A DNA stretch of 64,000 nt from Octopus sinensis (GCF_006345805.1 NC_043006.1:103292001-103356000), one strand, 5' to 3'. Shown: positions 12,501 to 26,333, counted from the first letter of the stretch. Numbers and translations are program-made. Notes: generated by a model from the sequence alone, not told the origin.

Positions 12501-13199
12501 GTGTTATCTCTGTATACTTCACCTAATTAACTTTTTACCTTTATTTCTGCATCAGTCCCCGATTGGAGACTGTGGTATTTACCAGAGAGCTTGATTCTAT
12601 ACCGAAGGGCAGATAACAATTCAGTATTATGGCTAGTTGAAATTGTGTATATGTGTACATGCATGTGTATGTGTGGGTGTATACGTGTGTGTTTGTAGTG
12701 TATGTTAATATTTGCGTTTGTGTGTAACAGTGAGTTTTATGATATTTGAGGATACTGGGGGAGGAAAAGCTAATGTATCCACGCAAATATGTTTTCTCTT
12801 TATTCGGGAGTATGCATTACTCACGTAACACTTCTTCTAAAGACGATAATTCTTACAGCTTTTCAGTTAAATTCTTCCTCTCTCTCTCTCTCTTTATAAC
12901 ACACAAACACGCACACACGCACACACACACACAAACACACACGCGCGCTCACACACACACACACACACACACCTCTGGAGATATCTACCGTCGATTACAT
13001 TTTCTTAAGAGAAGCAATAATACCGGACTACCATGGTTTAAGAGCCCACAGTAAACTTCAGTTGCTGCTTCCTACTGTGAAGATATTTAGCACTAATTCA
13101 TGCAGTAGCAAACTTGTTAATCCACACCGGCAGTTATCATATTTCAAATACTCCACCCATCAAATGTTATGTAAATATACTTACATAAATATACATATT

Positions 13200-13590
13200 T
13201 ACGTTTGGCTAAGAAACTGGCTTACCAACCACATGCTTCCGGGTTCAGTGTTACTGTGTGGGACTTTCATCTTGGCCAAGTGTCTTCTAATATAGCTTCG
13301 TGCCGATTAAAGCGTTGTGAGAAGATTTGGTAAACGGAAACTGAAAGAAGCCCGTCCTATGCATGTGTGTATATATGTGTTTCTGTGTGTGTTTCTGTGT
13401 ATCTTTGTGTCTGTGTTTGTCCTTCATCACAATCTTGAGGACTGTGTTTACATTTCCGTAACCTAGCGGTTTGACCAAGGATATCGATAGAATAATAGGC
13501 TTTAAAAATGTACTTGAGTCGATTCATTCCACTAAATTATTTAAGGTTGTGCTGCAGCATGGCCGTAATCTAATGACTAAAAGAAGTAAT
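13200..13590 (+). mobile_element. tRNA-head SINE family B with internal (TG)n
   Basis: B-box GGTTCAG, core ...GCCAAGTGTCTTCT..., GATTTGGTAAACGGAAACTGAAAGAAGCCCGTC, 3' end GCAGCATGGCCG...; homologous to 62150-62518 (reverse). Confidence 0.8.
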
Positions 13591-13859
13591 ATATACATAC
13601 ATACATACATATATATTTACTAGCAAACGCCCCCACCCCGTCCACTGGACTATTTTATATGTGAAGAGGGTTAACTTCTACGGTGTTAAGTTATGGAGAT
13701 GTTTGGTGATTTTATGGGGTTGTTACTTTTGGTTAGGGCATGAAAGATTCCTGAGACGTTAGAACTGTTGACTGTTTCTTCTAAATAAGAAAAATTAATT
13801 GATAGTGAACCTCTTCAGAATTGTCTTGAAGCCAATAAAATGAAGGAAAGCTGTTCAGC

Positions 13860-14150
13860 CCACACTATATACAACTTCCAGTGGAATCAGACATCATAAT
13901 TAACCTTAATCTGTTTGCACTCAAACACTTTCAGATTAGGATAAGCACAATGTACTCTTCCATTGTACATACCTCATGTTGACACCTAAACATCAGACTG
14001 AGCGCTGTTTTCTCTCCAAAGTGAATATTGCAAGTGATATCTAAGCAATAGCCAGTTCTTTGGCTTTTGCATTTGACGACTGTTGCTTTACGTATTTTAT
14101 TTCGATTTTCACTGGTGTACTTGTAAGAACTACGAGATAAGTAAAATTAG
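13860..14150 (+). mobile_element. Possible highly decayed Helitron helicase fragment
   Basis: Frameshifted SGI.HH and Q*PV/LAFA resemble the Helitron SG.PPH and QFPVRLAFA motifs; weak. Confidence 0.25.
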
Positions 14151-16409
14151 TTTGGAGTAAAAGTATAAACAGAAGTTTTATTCACCCGATGGACAGGTAA
14201 GCAGAAACTGCTGCTCAATAAAGGTGCAAAAATGCTTAGGTAGTCTCTCTTCTCTCAGAAACTGCATTCTTACATGCATACATACATTCATATATGTATG
14301 TATGTCTTGTGCGTATGTGTGCATGTATGTATAGTAACATTTGTATTTATTAGTACCTCATCCGATTCACTCTACGGCTAAGCAGATTTATTCAGTATTT
14401 GAAATTGTTCAGACGTTAAGATGACCTCCGAGTAGTGACGGAATTTATTAATCTCTAATGACTATACGTTTGTTAGTCAGAGTTCCATGCACGTGTATTA
14501 TAAGCATGTCAGTTCAGTCACTATTTTGTAGATGGATGGACTTCATGCATCAATGATGCGTGACAAACAGGAAATATTATTACTTCCTGGAGTGCTATGG
14601 TATAAGGAAAAACAACCGGTGCTACCAACATGAAGGGGATGACTACACTTCGACGCTTGTTAAATCATTTGGTTGTACATTTGAATAGGTAGGCTGCGCG
14701 TTTTAGTTTGTAAAAGAAAGCTATCAAAAGAAATATATTCTTCGATAACAATAACTAGTTAATATATCTGATCTTCAGTTACGAGATATCGCTAGATATT
14801 TTGACATCCAGAACATTCTAATTAAAGATCAGCAGCATTTTGTTCAGGATCCGTTTAAATAGGAAGTGACTTTGTCAAATGATGCTCTATTTCTTGTAGT
14901 ACGTTGCGATATATCGTTTCTGAGTTTCCGAGTATACGTAGTTTCCTACTGTGAAGATATTTAGCACTATTTGTATACCTATACATTCAAGTAATAACTG
15001 CAGATCTCAACACTAATGCATCAGTCAAGATAACCTGAAGTGCTTTGGAAATAAAGACGTTTTCAAGACCGCAGCTGAAAGTATGACTTTTTCTTGTTAT
15101 CGAATACCTTCATCAGGCCATAAAAAAATGTATTGAGCAGAGTGTTTTGCTTGCAATATGTCGTTAATCTTTCAGATTGAAGACCATTTCAATTGCAAAT
15201 TTTCGAAGGTGAAAATCACACCCCGATCCAAGTATGATGATGTTGCTATCGATGATTAGCAGTTTTGAGAATTTGGTCTTTCGAGCATCGTAGCAGCTGT
15301 GGATTGGCGTAATGCTTCAAAATATCCTGTTTCAATTCTTTTGCAACATAATGACATAATTCACCTTGAACCCTTGAAGTAATACTTTTTGCTACTTATT
15401 TACATAATGCATATATACATCAACAAGAGATAAAAGTAGTAACCATTACGAGGAGTACTGTTTATGACCACATCAATACATCTGTTCCATAATAATCAAC
15501 TTTACTACCGCTTTTAACTCCGGTAGGAGCCGCCTCCAGCTGGTTATCGATGCAATTTGCACCCGATATATATATATTGCAAGTAAGGAAGCGTACCTTT
15601 ATCATCTTCTAGCAGACGTCATTACTTCACATATACATCCTTTCTTCATATATACGTAATTTCATACATACTAACTCACCTACATAGGAAGGCTTGTCCA
15701 AATAACCATACAGAACCGGAATATAGCCACACCCTTAAAAACAAGGTATATATTGGCAGAACATTCCAATTAAAAGCAACTCGATCTAAACAAAATAGGC
15801 TTCGTACTGTTCAACTGGAAACGGTTCTCAAATCATTTTCTATTGTAGGTGCCAGCTGTCCAACGGATGTGAATGTCTCATCTAAAGTTGAAGAGAAATG
15901 GATCTGTGGTATAGAAATGAGAAACGACTTTATAACAAGGCAACTGTCATAAAGTGCATTTGGCCGTAGAATAAGAGATTTGTATAAAAGCCTCTTAAAT
16001 ATTGGAATTATAGAATACAAAAGCAATACGTAGTGCATTCTCCAAATACAGTCAAGAACGATACAGTGAAAATTTGTAATAGAATCCCAGAATTCGGTAT
16101 TTGAGATTCTGAGTATGAAGATATAATCAAAATCGGGAGTGCAAAGGACATGAGCATATATTCATAAATAACAATGAAACACATACTAAAGTGGAAATCA
16201 CTCGTTACATGAATGCAAGTTCATCCATTCTACACATACACGCACGCGCACACACACACACACACACACACTCACACACACACACGCACACATATATATA
16301 CATACACTAAATCAGTTATGCATTCATAGATTCCAAAAACTGTGTGAATAAAATGGATTCACATGAATTTAATTTCTACGTTTGAAATACTTAAATGCAG
16401 CTGAAAGAA

Positions 16410-17030
16410 ACGCACAGGGTCACCCCATCCCCTTTACCAAAATGTATATAGATATTGAATAAAGCCAGGATTTATAAAAACATATTCAATTTTTAAAATT
16501 AACCAGAAGCTACAAACAGTTTAATTTTTTATGAATGCTTGTGTTCAAACAGTCGACCGTTCTGATACAGGCATCGCTGATAACGCAAGCCACTGTAATT
16601 GCAAACACCAAGAATCATTTTCTTCAGAATTTGTGCACATTTTCGTTCAATGGCAACCCTCGATTCGTTGACTGTTTTGTACTGTGAAGTTTATTTTTCA
16701 AATATCGCCCCCAAATTTTTGTATTTTGTGGTTCACTTGTTCTCATCAGCGTAGACCCTTATATTACTATGGTTGTGCAAAAGTACTCCATATTGCTGGA
16801 AATAAAATTTCCCCACTTTAAACTCCTCTTGGAAGATTGGCTTAACAGAGTATCGTAGCAAGTTCAAGTAAATGTATGCAGTGACGGTACTCTAAAAAAA
16901 GAATGGTCCAATTCCACATTTTGATGAGAAGTAGTACCATAATGTAACTCCTATAAGTTAACATGATGTCCCTTCGTAATATGTAAATGATCAGGTATCC
17001 ACTAGGTACAATTGTGGCAGTTAATTGAAT
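16410..17030 (-). mobile_element. Tc1/mariner transposase remnant
   Basis: GIGPFFF.STVTAYIYLNLLRYSVKPIFQEEFKVGKFYFQQYGVLLH; C-terminus NESRVAIERKCAQI...CLYQNGRLFEHKHS*, similar to the 3281-4487 element. Confidence 0.75.
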
Positions 17031-17039
17031 CATCTGCGA

Positions 17040-17385
17040 AGGCGTATGGTTCGGTGGTTAGGGCGTTGCGCTCATAATCATGAGGTAGTGAGTTCGATTC
17101 CCGGAGCAGACTATGTATTGTGTTCCTGAGCAGGACACTTTATTTTACGCTGCTCTAGTGCACTCATCTGTATAAATGAGTTGCGACATCACCGGGGCCA
17201 CAATGTATCGGTCTTTGCCTTTCCCTTGGATAACACGGTGGCGTGGAGAGGAGAGGTTGATATGGATGGGTGACTGCTAGTCTTCCATAAAACAACCTTG
17301 CCCGGGCTTGTGCCCCGAAGGCTAACTTTCAAGGTGTAAGTAATCCCATGGTTATTCATGACCGAAGGGGGTCTTTACCCTTTAA
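17040..17385 (+). mobile_element. tRNA-head SINE family C
   Basis: A-box TGGTTCGGTGG, B-box GTTCGATTCC, then TTGTGTTCCTGAGCAGGACACTTTA central domain typical of CORE/Meta-like SINEs. Confidence 0.85.
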
Positions 17386-17639
17386 ACTTCATTACTCCAA
17401 ACGATCTTTCTTAGAAAGTGCTCAATACCACTCATAAATCTTCCCCGAGATCATCGTCAGTGAGAACATGGACCGTTATTGGAATCTAACTTGTTGGCAC
17501 ATTTTGACACCTAAAATGCGAATGATGCTTGATTATGTAATTCCCATCTCACGACTAACTAGTTTCACAGATTCCCTTCAACAATGGCATTAGGTGACCA
17601 GTAATCTTCTTCTCTTTTTTTTTTTTTTTTGCTTTGTGG

Positions 17640-17990
17640 GGCTCATTGGATGACTGAAATCTTCCTGAGTTTTATTTTGAGTTTGCGTGGCAAGATTAAC
17701 GGTGTTGTGTTGATCCAATTTTCCTATATTTGTGCTTTATTGTTATTTTTTATCCTATTCCAGAACGAGAGTTTTCTGGTGTTGAGGTTTTTGGACCAAG
17801 TGTGACTAATGCAGTTTTTAATAAGGTATGCTGTGTCTTCATTTGGGGTTAAGAATTGGTTTAATGTAGTGCATAGTTCACTTAGAGTTTGACTGACCTT
17901 CTTTGTAGATTGCTTTCTTTGAAAGTTTGTAAGTCTTCTCGGGTTTGGTAAGTCCATCGATTTTGTTGGTTAGAGTGACTAAATTTGTGT
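17640..17990 (-). mobile_element. Probable inverted 5' segment of the adjacent Penelope-like element
   Basis: A/C-rich minus-strand ORF 17724-17957 (...KNLNTRKLSFWNRIKNNNK) abuts the plus-strand PLE ORF start; composition mirrors the PLE. Confidence 0.35.
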
Positions 17991-18009
17991 TGATTTTTTT
18001 AAAATTCCT

Positions 18010-20500
18010 TAATTTTATCCGATGAGGTGGAGAATAATCAACTTATCTAAGGAAACTCTCTACACAAGAAAAATCCTTATTTTAGCTAAAGGTGTTAACT
18101 TTACACCCATCCCACATAGACCCAACTCCAATGAAATGAAAGATAATATTGCAGAATTCTGTAGAAAATTTCGATTGACAGAAGCACTAAACAACTGCAA
18201 CAACGATGACGAATCACTAGTGAGAAACAAAAGTATTTACCTACCACCGAAAGGAAGGAACAAAACACTAGACGACTTCGTTAACAGTAACCAGAATTTT
18301 CCCCACACTATCTATAAACCAAACATTGTACCTAACTTCAACAATTTACAAGGGAAGCACCTACTACAGCTAAAAAACGAGAAAGACCTGACAATCAAAG
18401 AAGCAGACAAAGGTAGCGCTGTAGTCCTGATAGACACAGAATACTATAACAACCTAGCTTTGTCCATACTAGTATAAAATGACCCCTTTTATGAAAAAGT
18501 TGCAAATTATAGGCAACAAAAAACATTAAAAAATATTGCATCTCTAATACTCAAACATGGAAAAGGCCTCACAGAAAAAGAAAAGAAAAACTATATCACT
18601 AATTTTAAATGCAGACCAATCCTCTTCGATGGCTTCCCCAAAACTCACAAGAGTCAAATAATTACTAATGCCTGCAAATCAAATCCAGGTCTATACATAA
18701 ATATCCCAACACCAGGAGACTTAAAATTAAGTCCTCTTTAGCGGTCCCAGCCTGTGAAACACACCGCCTAAGCAACGTCCTGGACATATTATTGAAACCT
18801 TTCCTTAGACACGTTAAAAATTTCGTTAGAGATGTTCTGTACATACTAGAGTATCAACCAAATACGACCAACGAAGAAGCAATTTTTGTCTCATTCGATG
18901 TCATCGACCTCTACACTAACATTACACATGACTACGGAATAGAAGCAATAACATTCTGGTTAGAAAAATACCACAAAGTTCTCCCGGACCGCATAAACCA
19001 GACTTTAGTCATTGAATCCCTGAAGTTCATCTTACAAAGCAATTACTTCCTATTCGATGCAACATACTACCGCCAAAAATGCGGTATGGCGATGAGAACG
19101 AAAGCAGCGCCTGTCCTTGTGAACCTAATAATGGCTTTCTTTGAATCTATCCTATATGAACTTTCGCTCCCAAAATTTGGACCCCCATTCCACGAGTATA
19201 TAAAAGAAAACTGGAAAAGGTACCTAGACGACTGTTTTATTATCTGGAATGAAACCTATGATAAACTCCTGGATTTGAAACTCACACTGAACAATATAAA
19301 CTCTAATATTCCATTTACAATGGAATACAGCAAGGAACAGCTCCCATTTCTGGACATTTTGATTTTAAAAAAGTTCAATAACCAAATTGCAACTGACATT
19401 TACGACAAACCAACAAACTCAAAATATTATCTCCTTTTCATTTCATGCCATCCTAAACACACCAAAATAGATATCCCATTCAATCTAACTAAAATGATAT
19501 GTACAATTGTATCTGACACAACAACTCGGGAACTTCGCCCACAAGACCTCAAAATAACACTCATTAAACGACAATACCCACCCGCACTTATAGAACATGG
19601 AATTGAACGTGCCAAGAAAATGGACACAAACACACTAAGGACAACAAAACAAAACACCACACCTCACTTTAAATCATACATATCAACCCACAACCCCAGA
19701 AACAATGAAGCATACAACACAATTATACAAAATCCCCCTCTGCTCAATCAAAACTCGAAAATAAACAACATCTTAAATACACATAGATTCCTAAAATGCA
19801 AAAGACAAGACAAATCACTCAACAGACTCCTAAAAAATGCAAAACAATACTCAATACATACGATACCAATAGTTAAAAAATGCAGACGACCTAAATGGAG
19901 GCTCAGGATTCACATTCCAGCAAGGAGAAAAATTCTCACTTAAGACCAACTTCACATGCAGAACCTTATAAGTGTGCTAAGATGCTCAGGTTGTGGCCAC
20001 AATTATAAGGGCCAAATGAGCCTTACTTTGAGACGCAGAGTCACGCTTCATTAAGAACAGATTCGTTTTCCTCAATACAAGCTGATAGCTCTGAGCGAAT
20101 ATATCGACAGATGCGCAAGAAATAAAACGCCGAAATTCTACATCTTTCCATTATATCAATGCAAAGGTTCAATCTCCTTACAAGAACGCCTAAACAAGGA
20201 AAACCTGTTCATACAAAAGTACAGACCACACCATAATATACAAACATGACCACTTCAAAAATTATACTGAGGAGTTAGTTGCCCCTCTTGCCACCTGCTA
20301 CCTCCTTTGGTCCACTCACTAGACTCATTCTTATTTTTCGAGCATCCAAAATGATGAGACCTCTTTGTCACAAGAATTGATTACTTCACAATCTCCCTTG
20401 AAAACCTAATTTATATAACGAAAACCGATTGGATATCACTATATCCATAATATATGTATATATTTAAAATATTTCTTTATAAAAAGATATTAAACAATGT
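18010..20500 (+). mobile_element. Penelope-like retroelement (RT + GIY-YIG endonuclease), disrupted
   Basis: IINLS...LAKGVNFTP, IKEADKGSAVV, VSFDVIDLYTNI, GMAMRTKAAP, WKRYLDDCFIIW, LPFLDI, YLLFISCHPKH; endonuclease remnant NLISVLRCSGCGHNYKGQ...ENLFIQKYRP (19960-20248). Confidence 0.92.
18792..19943 (+). pseudogene. Penelope-type reverse transcriptase core ORF (383 aa fragment)
   Basis: ORF track; YLDD catalytic motif; the upstream part 18022-18477 is separated by stops and frameshifts. Confidence 0.88.
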
Positions 20501-20554
20501 GAAACGAAGGCATTTCTCTTCCACTTTCTATATACGTTTTCCACATATTTTCAG

Positions 20555-20607
<53 letters not shown>

Positions 20608-20608
20608 C

Positions 20609-20641
<33 letters not shown>

Positions 20642-21279
20642 GATATATGCAGGAAAGAGAGGGAGAGAAATGTGATGTGTGTATTCATCTATTCTTTCAT
20701 ACATACATGCATACATACATATCCACACGTACTACACATACACACATTTACATACATACACACACGCAAATATACATATGTACATACATACATAGAAGAT
20801 CGTTCAATAATGTTATTTATTCATCTTTCCGCTGCTGAGGAATAATTTGGTAGGATGTGTGTGCGTCAGTGTGTCTGTGTGCGTGTGTCTGTCCGTCCGT
20901 GCGTTTCGTGTGTCTGTGTGTGCGCATGCGCGTACGTCTCTATGTGCGTGTGTTTGTGTGTAAGAGCACGCGTGTTTGTATGGTCAGAAACTGATTGCCA
21001 ATAATTGATAGCGAATATCGTGACTAGCCGACACCACTAGCCATATTGTCTGAAGCTAAAAGCGTATGTAGGAGCCATGTGAGACACAGTAGTGACCTTG
21101 GATGTCTCTTAAAATTTACTTTAGCAACCGACTGTTTGTCTATCACATCGCCACATGACAACAACAACAACAAAAAGCATACTCGTGCGTGTAGATGTGC
21201 GACTTATTTATGAAGTTGGTTGCCATGCGAAGCAGAACGGCACAATATTTCACGGTTGATTGTGCATACTGTCATCATG

Positions 21280-21284
21280 CATAC

Positions 21285-21375
<91 letters not shown>

Positions 21376-21412
21376 ACTCCCTCTTACTCTCCCCCTCTCT
21401 CTCTTTCACTCT

Positions 21413-21447
<35 letters not shown>

Positions 21448-21542
21448 CCTACCTATCTATCTATCTATTTATCTATTTATCTATCTATCTTTCTATCTAT
21501 CTAACTCCCTCTTACTCTCCCTCTCTCTCTCTCTTTCACTCT

Positions 21543-21597
<55 letters not shown>

Positions 21598-21618
21598 CCT
21601 ATCTATTTATCTACCTAC

Positions 21619-21664
<46 letters not shown>

Positions 21665-21730
21665 ATCTATCTATCTATCAATCTATCCATCTATTTACCT
21701 AACCACATGTCTGTCTATCTATATATCTAC
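21280..21730. repeat. (TCTA)n microsatellite with a duplicated internal CT-rich unit
   Basis: CTAACTCCCTCTTACTCTCC...CTCTTTCACTCTTTATC occurs twice within the tract. Confidence 0.9.
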
Positions 21731-21959
21731 CATCTTTCTCTCAATCTATCAATAGATCCCTCTCATCAATCTAGCCAGTCTCTCTGCCTGCTTGTATCTC
21801 TGTATGTATGTATGTGTGTATGTATGTATCTCTCTCTCTCTCTCTATTTGTCCATCTATCTCTTTAAGTAATAATGGAAGTAACTAAATAATTTTGAAAT
21901 AAAGTATCAACTAACATTAGAACTATCATATTAACAATGCATATACGTATATATCTACT

Positions 21960-23150
21960 TCGGCTGTTTATCGTAGGTCGATGTTGAATGTTTGTTGTTC
22001 AGTAACCTACAAGGCCTGCTTTTGATCTGCAGCAGCGATGACATCTGCTGCAGGTGAAGGTAATTGACACAACAGATTTGCGACGCTTCACACCACATCT
22101 TTAGAGTTTCCTCTGTTGTTTCTCCTTAATGACTGGAATTAAGACCTTCAGCGATCGGTGCCATTCATCACACGACAGGGTCTCCTTCTCCCATGTGTCT
22201 GGAGTGATAGCGGAACTCTTCATTTATCTCTTTAGCACATCCATATATGCAACCTTTGGCCACTATAGGCCCTCCTGCATAAAACAAATATATTTCCTTT
22301 GGAAGCTTGCCAACATGTCCTGCCCAGCGCAGCTGTGATGAGGTGCTATGGACCTCCATATTATGTACCAGTGTGCCGCAAGTCTTTTAGATCAGCAATG
22401 TGATCCTGCCATCTGATATGTAAGATGGAGCGCAGATGACGAAGCTGGACACGATTCAGGGCCTTGATGTGCCTGCTGTAGAGGGCTATGCCTTCTGTGG
22501 CATAGAGGAGGTGAGGGAGCACTATGGCACAGTGCACCTTTATCTTTGTGCTGCGAATCTACATCACCTGCAGATATGGCAGACGTCCTACCTTTTATTC
22601 AAAGCATTCCTCCATCAATGTTAGTAACTTTACTCTTCCTAGCGAGGATTCTTTATTGTCGACTTCATAGCAACTCTATAGATGTTTTTTGAAAGAGCCA
22701 AAATCCTTTCTCACAAACTGTATTTGCCTCTCAAACTCGAGGTCATAAGAATTAGTATAAGTTACTGAGCTGCTGAGATAGGCAGAGGCATTGGCGTACT
22801 TTAGGGGCTCTCCATGTATAGTTACTGACTTGGGCTCTTTCCATATATTACAACATCTTCGTGGAGGCTGACAGAGCAGCTCAGGGTTTTGAAGTCTTGT
22901 TTTGGAGAGTAACATATCAGCTGCACCAGAAAAATGGTCCACGATATACATATCCTCAATGTTTTTGACCATGAGCGCTGAGTCGAATACGTAGAACAGC
23001 GCCTTGTGAAATCGTGTGCAGATCGACCCTTATGGTGACAAGCACAGTTGCGAGTTACAGAGAGAAGAATGCAGGAGCAAGAACGTAGCGCAGCTTCATA
23101 CCATCTTCCGCATGTTAACACGAGCCTTCTAACGACAAAGTAAACTTCAT
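21960..23150 (-). mobile_element. RTE/BovB-like LINE 3' remnant
   Basis: QLRWAGHV, IHGEPLKYANASAYLSSSVT...FGSFKKHL, AFTCSRCHRCCRSKAGL. Confidence 0.85.
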
Positions 23151-23524
23151 ATAATCAAGAGTAACCTGCGGTATACACCTCACTAGGATATTTACTACTT
23201 CCCAGGTTGCGCTCGCTATGAAACATATGTAGCCTGGATTTTATCTACTCCATTCCTTAACTTTTGGATTTTTAATTCGCATACCCTGCAACCCTGGCTA
23301 CCAAAAGTGAACTATAGAATAATTTCTTCATCTTATCTAACTACAATATGGGAAAATTTCACAACCTTCCGCCCAAGTAGAGCAATATTATTCCTGAAAG
23401 ATTTTAAAATATTTTCTACGGATTGTTTGAAGTTCACATTCTTCATACACTTCCATCCTTGGATCTTACAATTATATATATATAAATATATATATAGGTT
23501 TTCGAGGTACTTATATTTATAAAT

Positions 23525-23928
23525 AACTCGCAGTATCGCCCGGCGTTGCTCGGGTTTGTAAGGGAAATAACTAAATAAGCAGTTTTAGAGATGTAAAGTA
23601 TAATAGCCATCTCAATATGGCTAACCACAAAGGTGGGGTGTTACTGTAGTTTTTTACGTTCTGAGAGTTAATAATAAATTTTTAGAGAGTTACTTCCCTT
23701 ATATATGCCAAAAATGCATTAAAAATGAGAAAAATTTATGGTAAATTTTTTTTAAATCGTAGACTCATCGTAGACGCGCGCTAATACCCAGAAGGGCTCG
23801 ATATGAATCACGACTATAAGATACCCGGTTTTGGTTAAACTGCACCGCAAAATGTGGGAGTAGTTAGGAATCTAAATCGTAGGAGACAGACAGCACACAA
23901 CCTTACTTTTATATAATATAAAGAAGAT
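23525..23928 (+). mobile_element. Non-autonomous rolling-circle-type element (Lep1/HINE-like)
   Basis: 5' ACTCGCAGTATCGCCCGGCGTTGCTCGGG; 3' GACAGACAG..ACACAAC..ACTTTTATATAATATAAAGAAGAT; no TIR/TSD. Confidence 0.55.
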
Positions 23929-24279
23929 ATTAGGTAAGTGTTGCATTGAAAATGTCTTTCGGATAAAACACAAAAGGAATGGGAAGCCATTGCCCGCGAG
24001 ACACGAACTCACATCACCACCGGGGTAGCAGACAAAGCATTACTTAGATTTTCATCATCTAGTTTTTAGTAACTTTATGGTTACTAACAAGAAATCTTTG
24101 TAGTTGACGTCACAAATGCAAATTTTAAAAGAGACTGATTCACATGTCGCTTTAGCGTCTTGTTAACATTAATTTGTTTTTCTTGCTGCAATTGTATTTT
24201 TATGGATTCTTAATGCTGTCTATGCAGTTTTATCGTGAATATTTAAACATCTTTGCTCTCACAAATATGTACATGTATG

Positions 24280-24337
<58 letters not shown>

Positions 24338-25917
24338 TACATATGTTTGCTTGACTATGTGCAATATATTATTCATATATATGCATATATATATATACAC
24401 ATACATATTATGTATGTCTGTATATATGCGTCAGTATCTACGTATGAATATGTGTGTGTGCATCTATGTGTGCCTATGTATATACATACATATATACACG
24501 TATATCATATATATATGTATATACATACATATATACACATATATATACACACACACAGACACATATATATATATATATATATATACATACATACATATAC
24601 ATATATATATATATATATGCATGTAATATTTATGCTGATATATTTTAAAAGTTCTTCATAGGATGGAATGATTCTTCCACAGAACCGTAATTACGTATTT
24701 ATATCACAATATCATTATATCAGACGTAGCATATTTTCGTTTTTTGAAATATAAATTCCAAAACACAACATTCTGTATATAAAGATATGCCCACGCAGAA
24801 ACACAAGGACACAGATACATATACATGTTCGCTCGCACACGAATACTCTTCATATATTGTGGGTTGGCTCATAGATCCTTTTACATGTGATTCAGTAAAG
24901 GTTATGGCTGTATCATGCAACCGATAAAGCAGAGTTTTCTAAGTAGTCACATCTATGCACACATATAAGTGAGAACAAGAAATTTGGCCCTTTTGTGTTC
25001 ATGGATCTGTATGTCTGTGTTTTCCTTTATTTATGTAGATATCGCCTCCTCTATGCTACCGCTACAATGCTGAATGTCGAACTTTTCCATTTTTTACACC
25101 AATTTCAGCGTCTCACTGAGAAATCTGTTGCTACTACTCTCTGCGTGATTTCTGTCTGTGTTTGTTTGGTATATTCTCTGTCTGTCTGTCTGTCTATTAG
25201 CTCTCTCTCTTTCTCTCTCCTATTACACAATACATTTTGTTCTTCTATCTCACTTTTATTATCTTTTTCCTTTCTTCTACCACAACCATTCCAGTGCTAA
25301 TAACGCTGTATTTATCTGCCTGAACCCCCCCCCCATCTCCTTAGTGCTTTTAATTCCACTTATACCTTTTTAAAAAATTTCTCATACTGCTTTTCCCTTT
25401 CTCCTTTTCTCTCTCTTCTTATCTTCCGTATTATTTCCTTCTCTCACTACTCTTCCTTTGCCTCTCACTGTGCTTTATATATTTTGTCGTTCCTTATTAT
25501 TAAACTCTATTTCATGTCTTCGAGGAGAAGTTCAATTTCTGTGAGGGCAGGTTCAAATTACAAGGCAGCTAAAAGTAGTTTGCACTTTTTTGTTCATTCA
25601 CACAAAGGAGGTGAGCATGGTGAAACGTTATCACACCAGAAAAAATGCAATAGCGTCGTACGTCTCGGCTTTATGGTCTGTGTTTAAATGCCACCGAGGT
25701 AAACTTTACAGTCATCCTTTCAGAGTCGATAAAATAAGAAGGCAGTCAGGTGTTTGAGTAATGCAATCGACTACACCTTCCTTCTAAAATTTCAGGCGTT
25801 GTGCCTATATTATAAAGGATTATTCTTTCACGCAAAGGCGGCGAGCTAGCGCAGTCCTTAGCACGTCGGACAAACTGCTATCTTTATAATTCGTCTTTTA
25901 TGGATGGATAAGATAAG

Positions 25918-26333
25918 GGATCTTTTCGGTTTGAACGGCAGTTTTTTCTAGCAGTGTCATATAAAATTGTCACCCATAATTATTACCTAGTATCGATCTA
26001 TTGCATTTCAATCTATTTTAGGGTTGGGTTAGGGGTGGGGGAAGGTTATCTTTTCTTCTTCACAAATGTAAATAAACCCAATCTGTTTCTTAAATGAGGG
26101 ACATATTCATACGGCACAGAATGCTTTTCAACTCAATAGACGTCACTGATTGGTTGAAATTGCAGAAATTGAAGAAAAAAAAAACAACAAATATGTTACA
26201 AACAATAGAATTTTCTCAATATAGCCAAGAGAAAAAGATGTTTTATAAACACATTCTACCAGTATACGAAGTTTAAAATTGTTTAGTTACCTAGAAATTA
26301 TGTTAAAAATTGCCGTTCAAACCTAAAAGATCC
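25918..26333 (+). mobile_element. MITE (Merlin-like: GG termini, 8-bp TSD) with TTAGGG tract, copy 1
   Basis: TIR GGATCTTTTCGGTTTGAACGGCAGTTTTT; TSD AAGATAAG/AAAATAAG. Confidence 0.9.

Noticed and set aside
17040-17110. tRNA gene (also SINE heads at 32828, 50530, 52023, 57886, 58556)
   Set aside because: A/B boxes are present but there is no complete cloverleaf, and each continues into a SINE body
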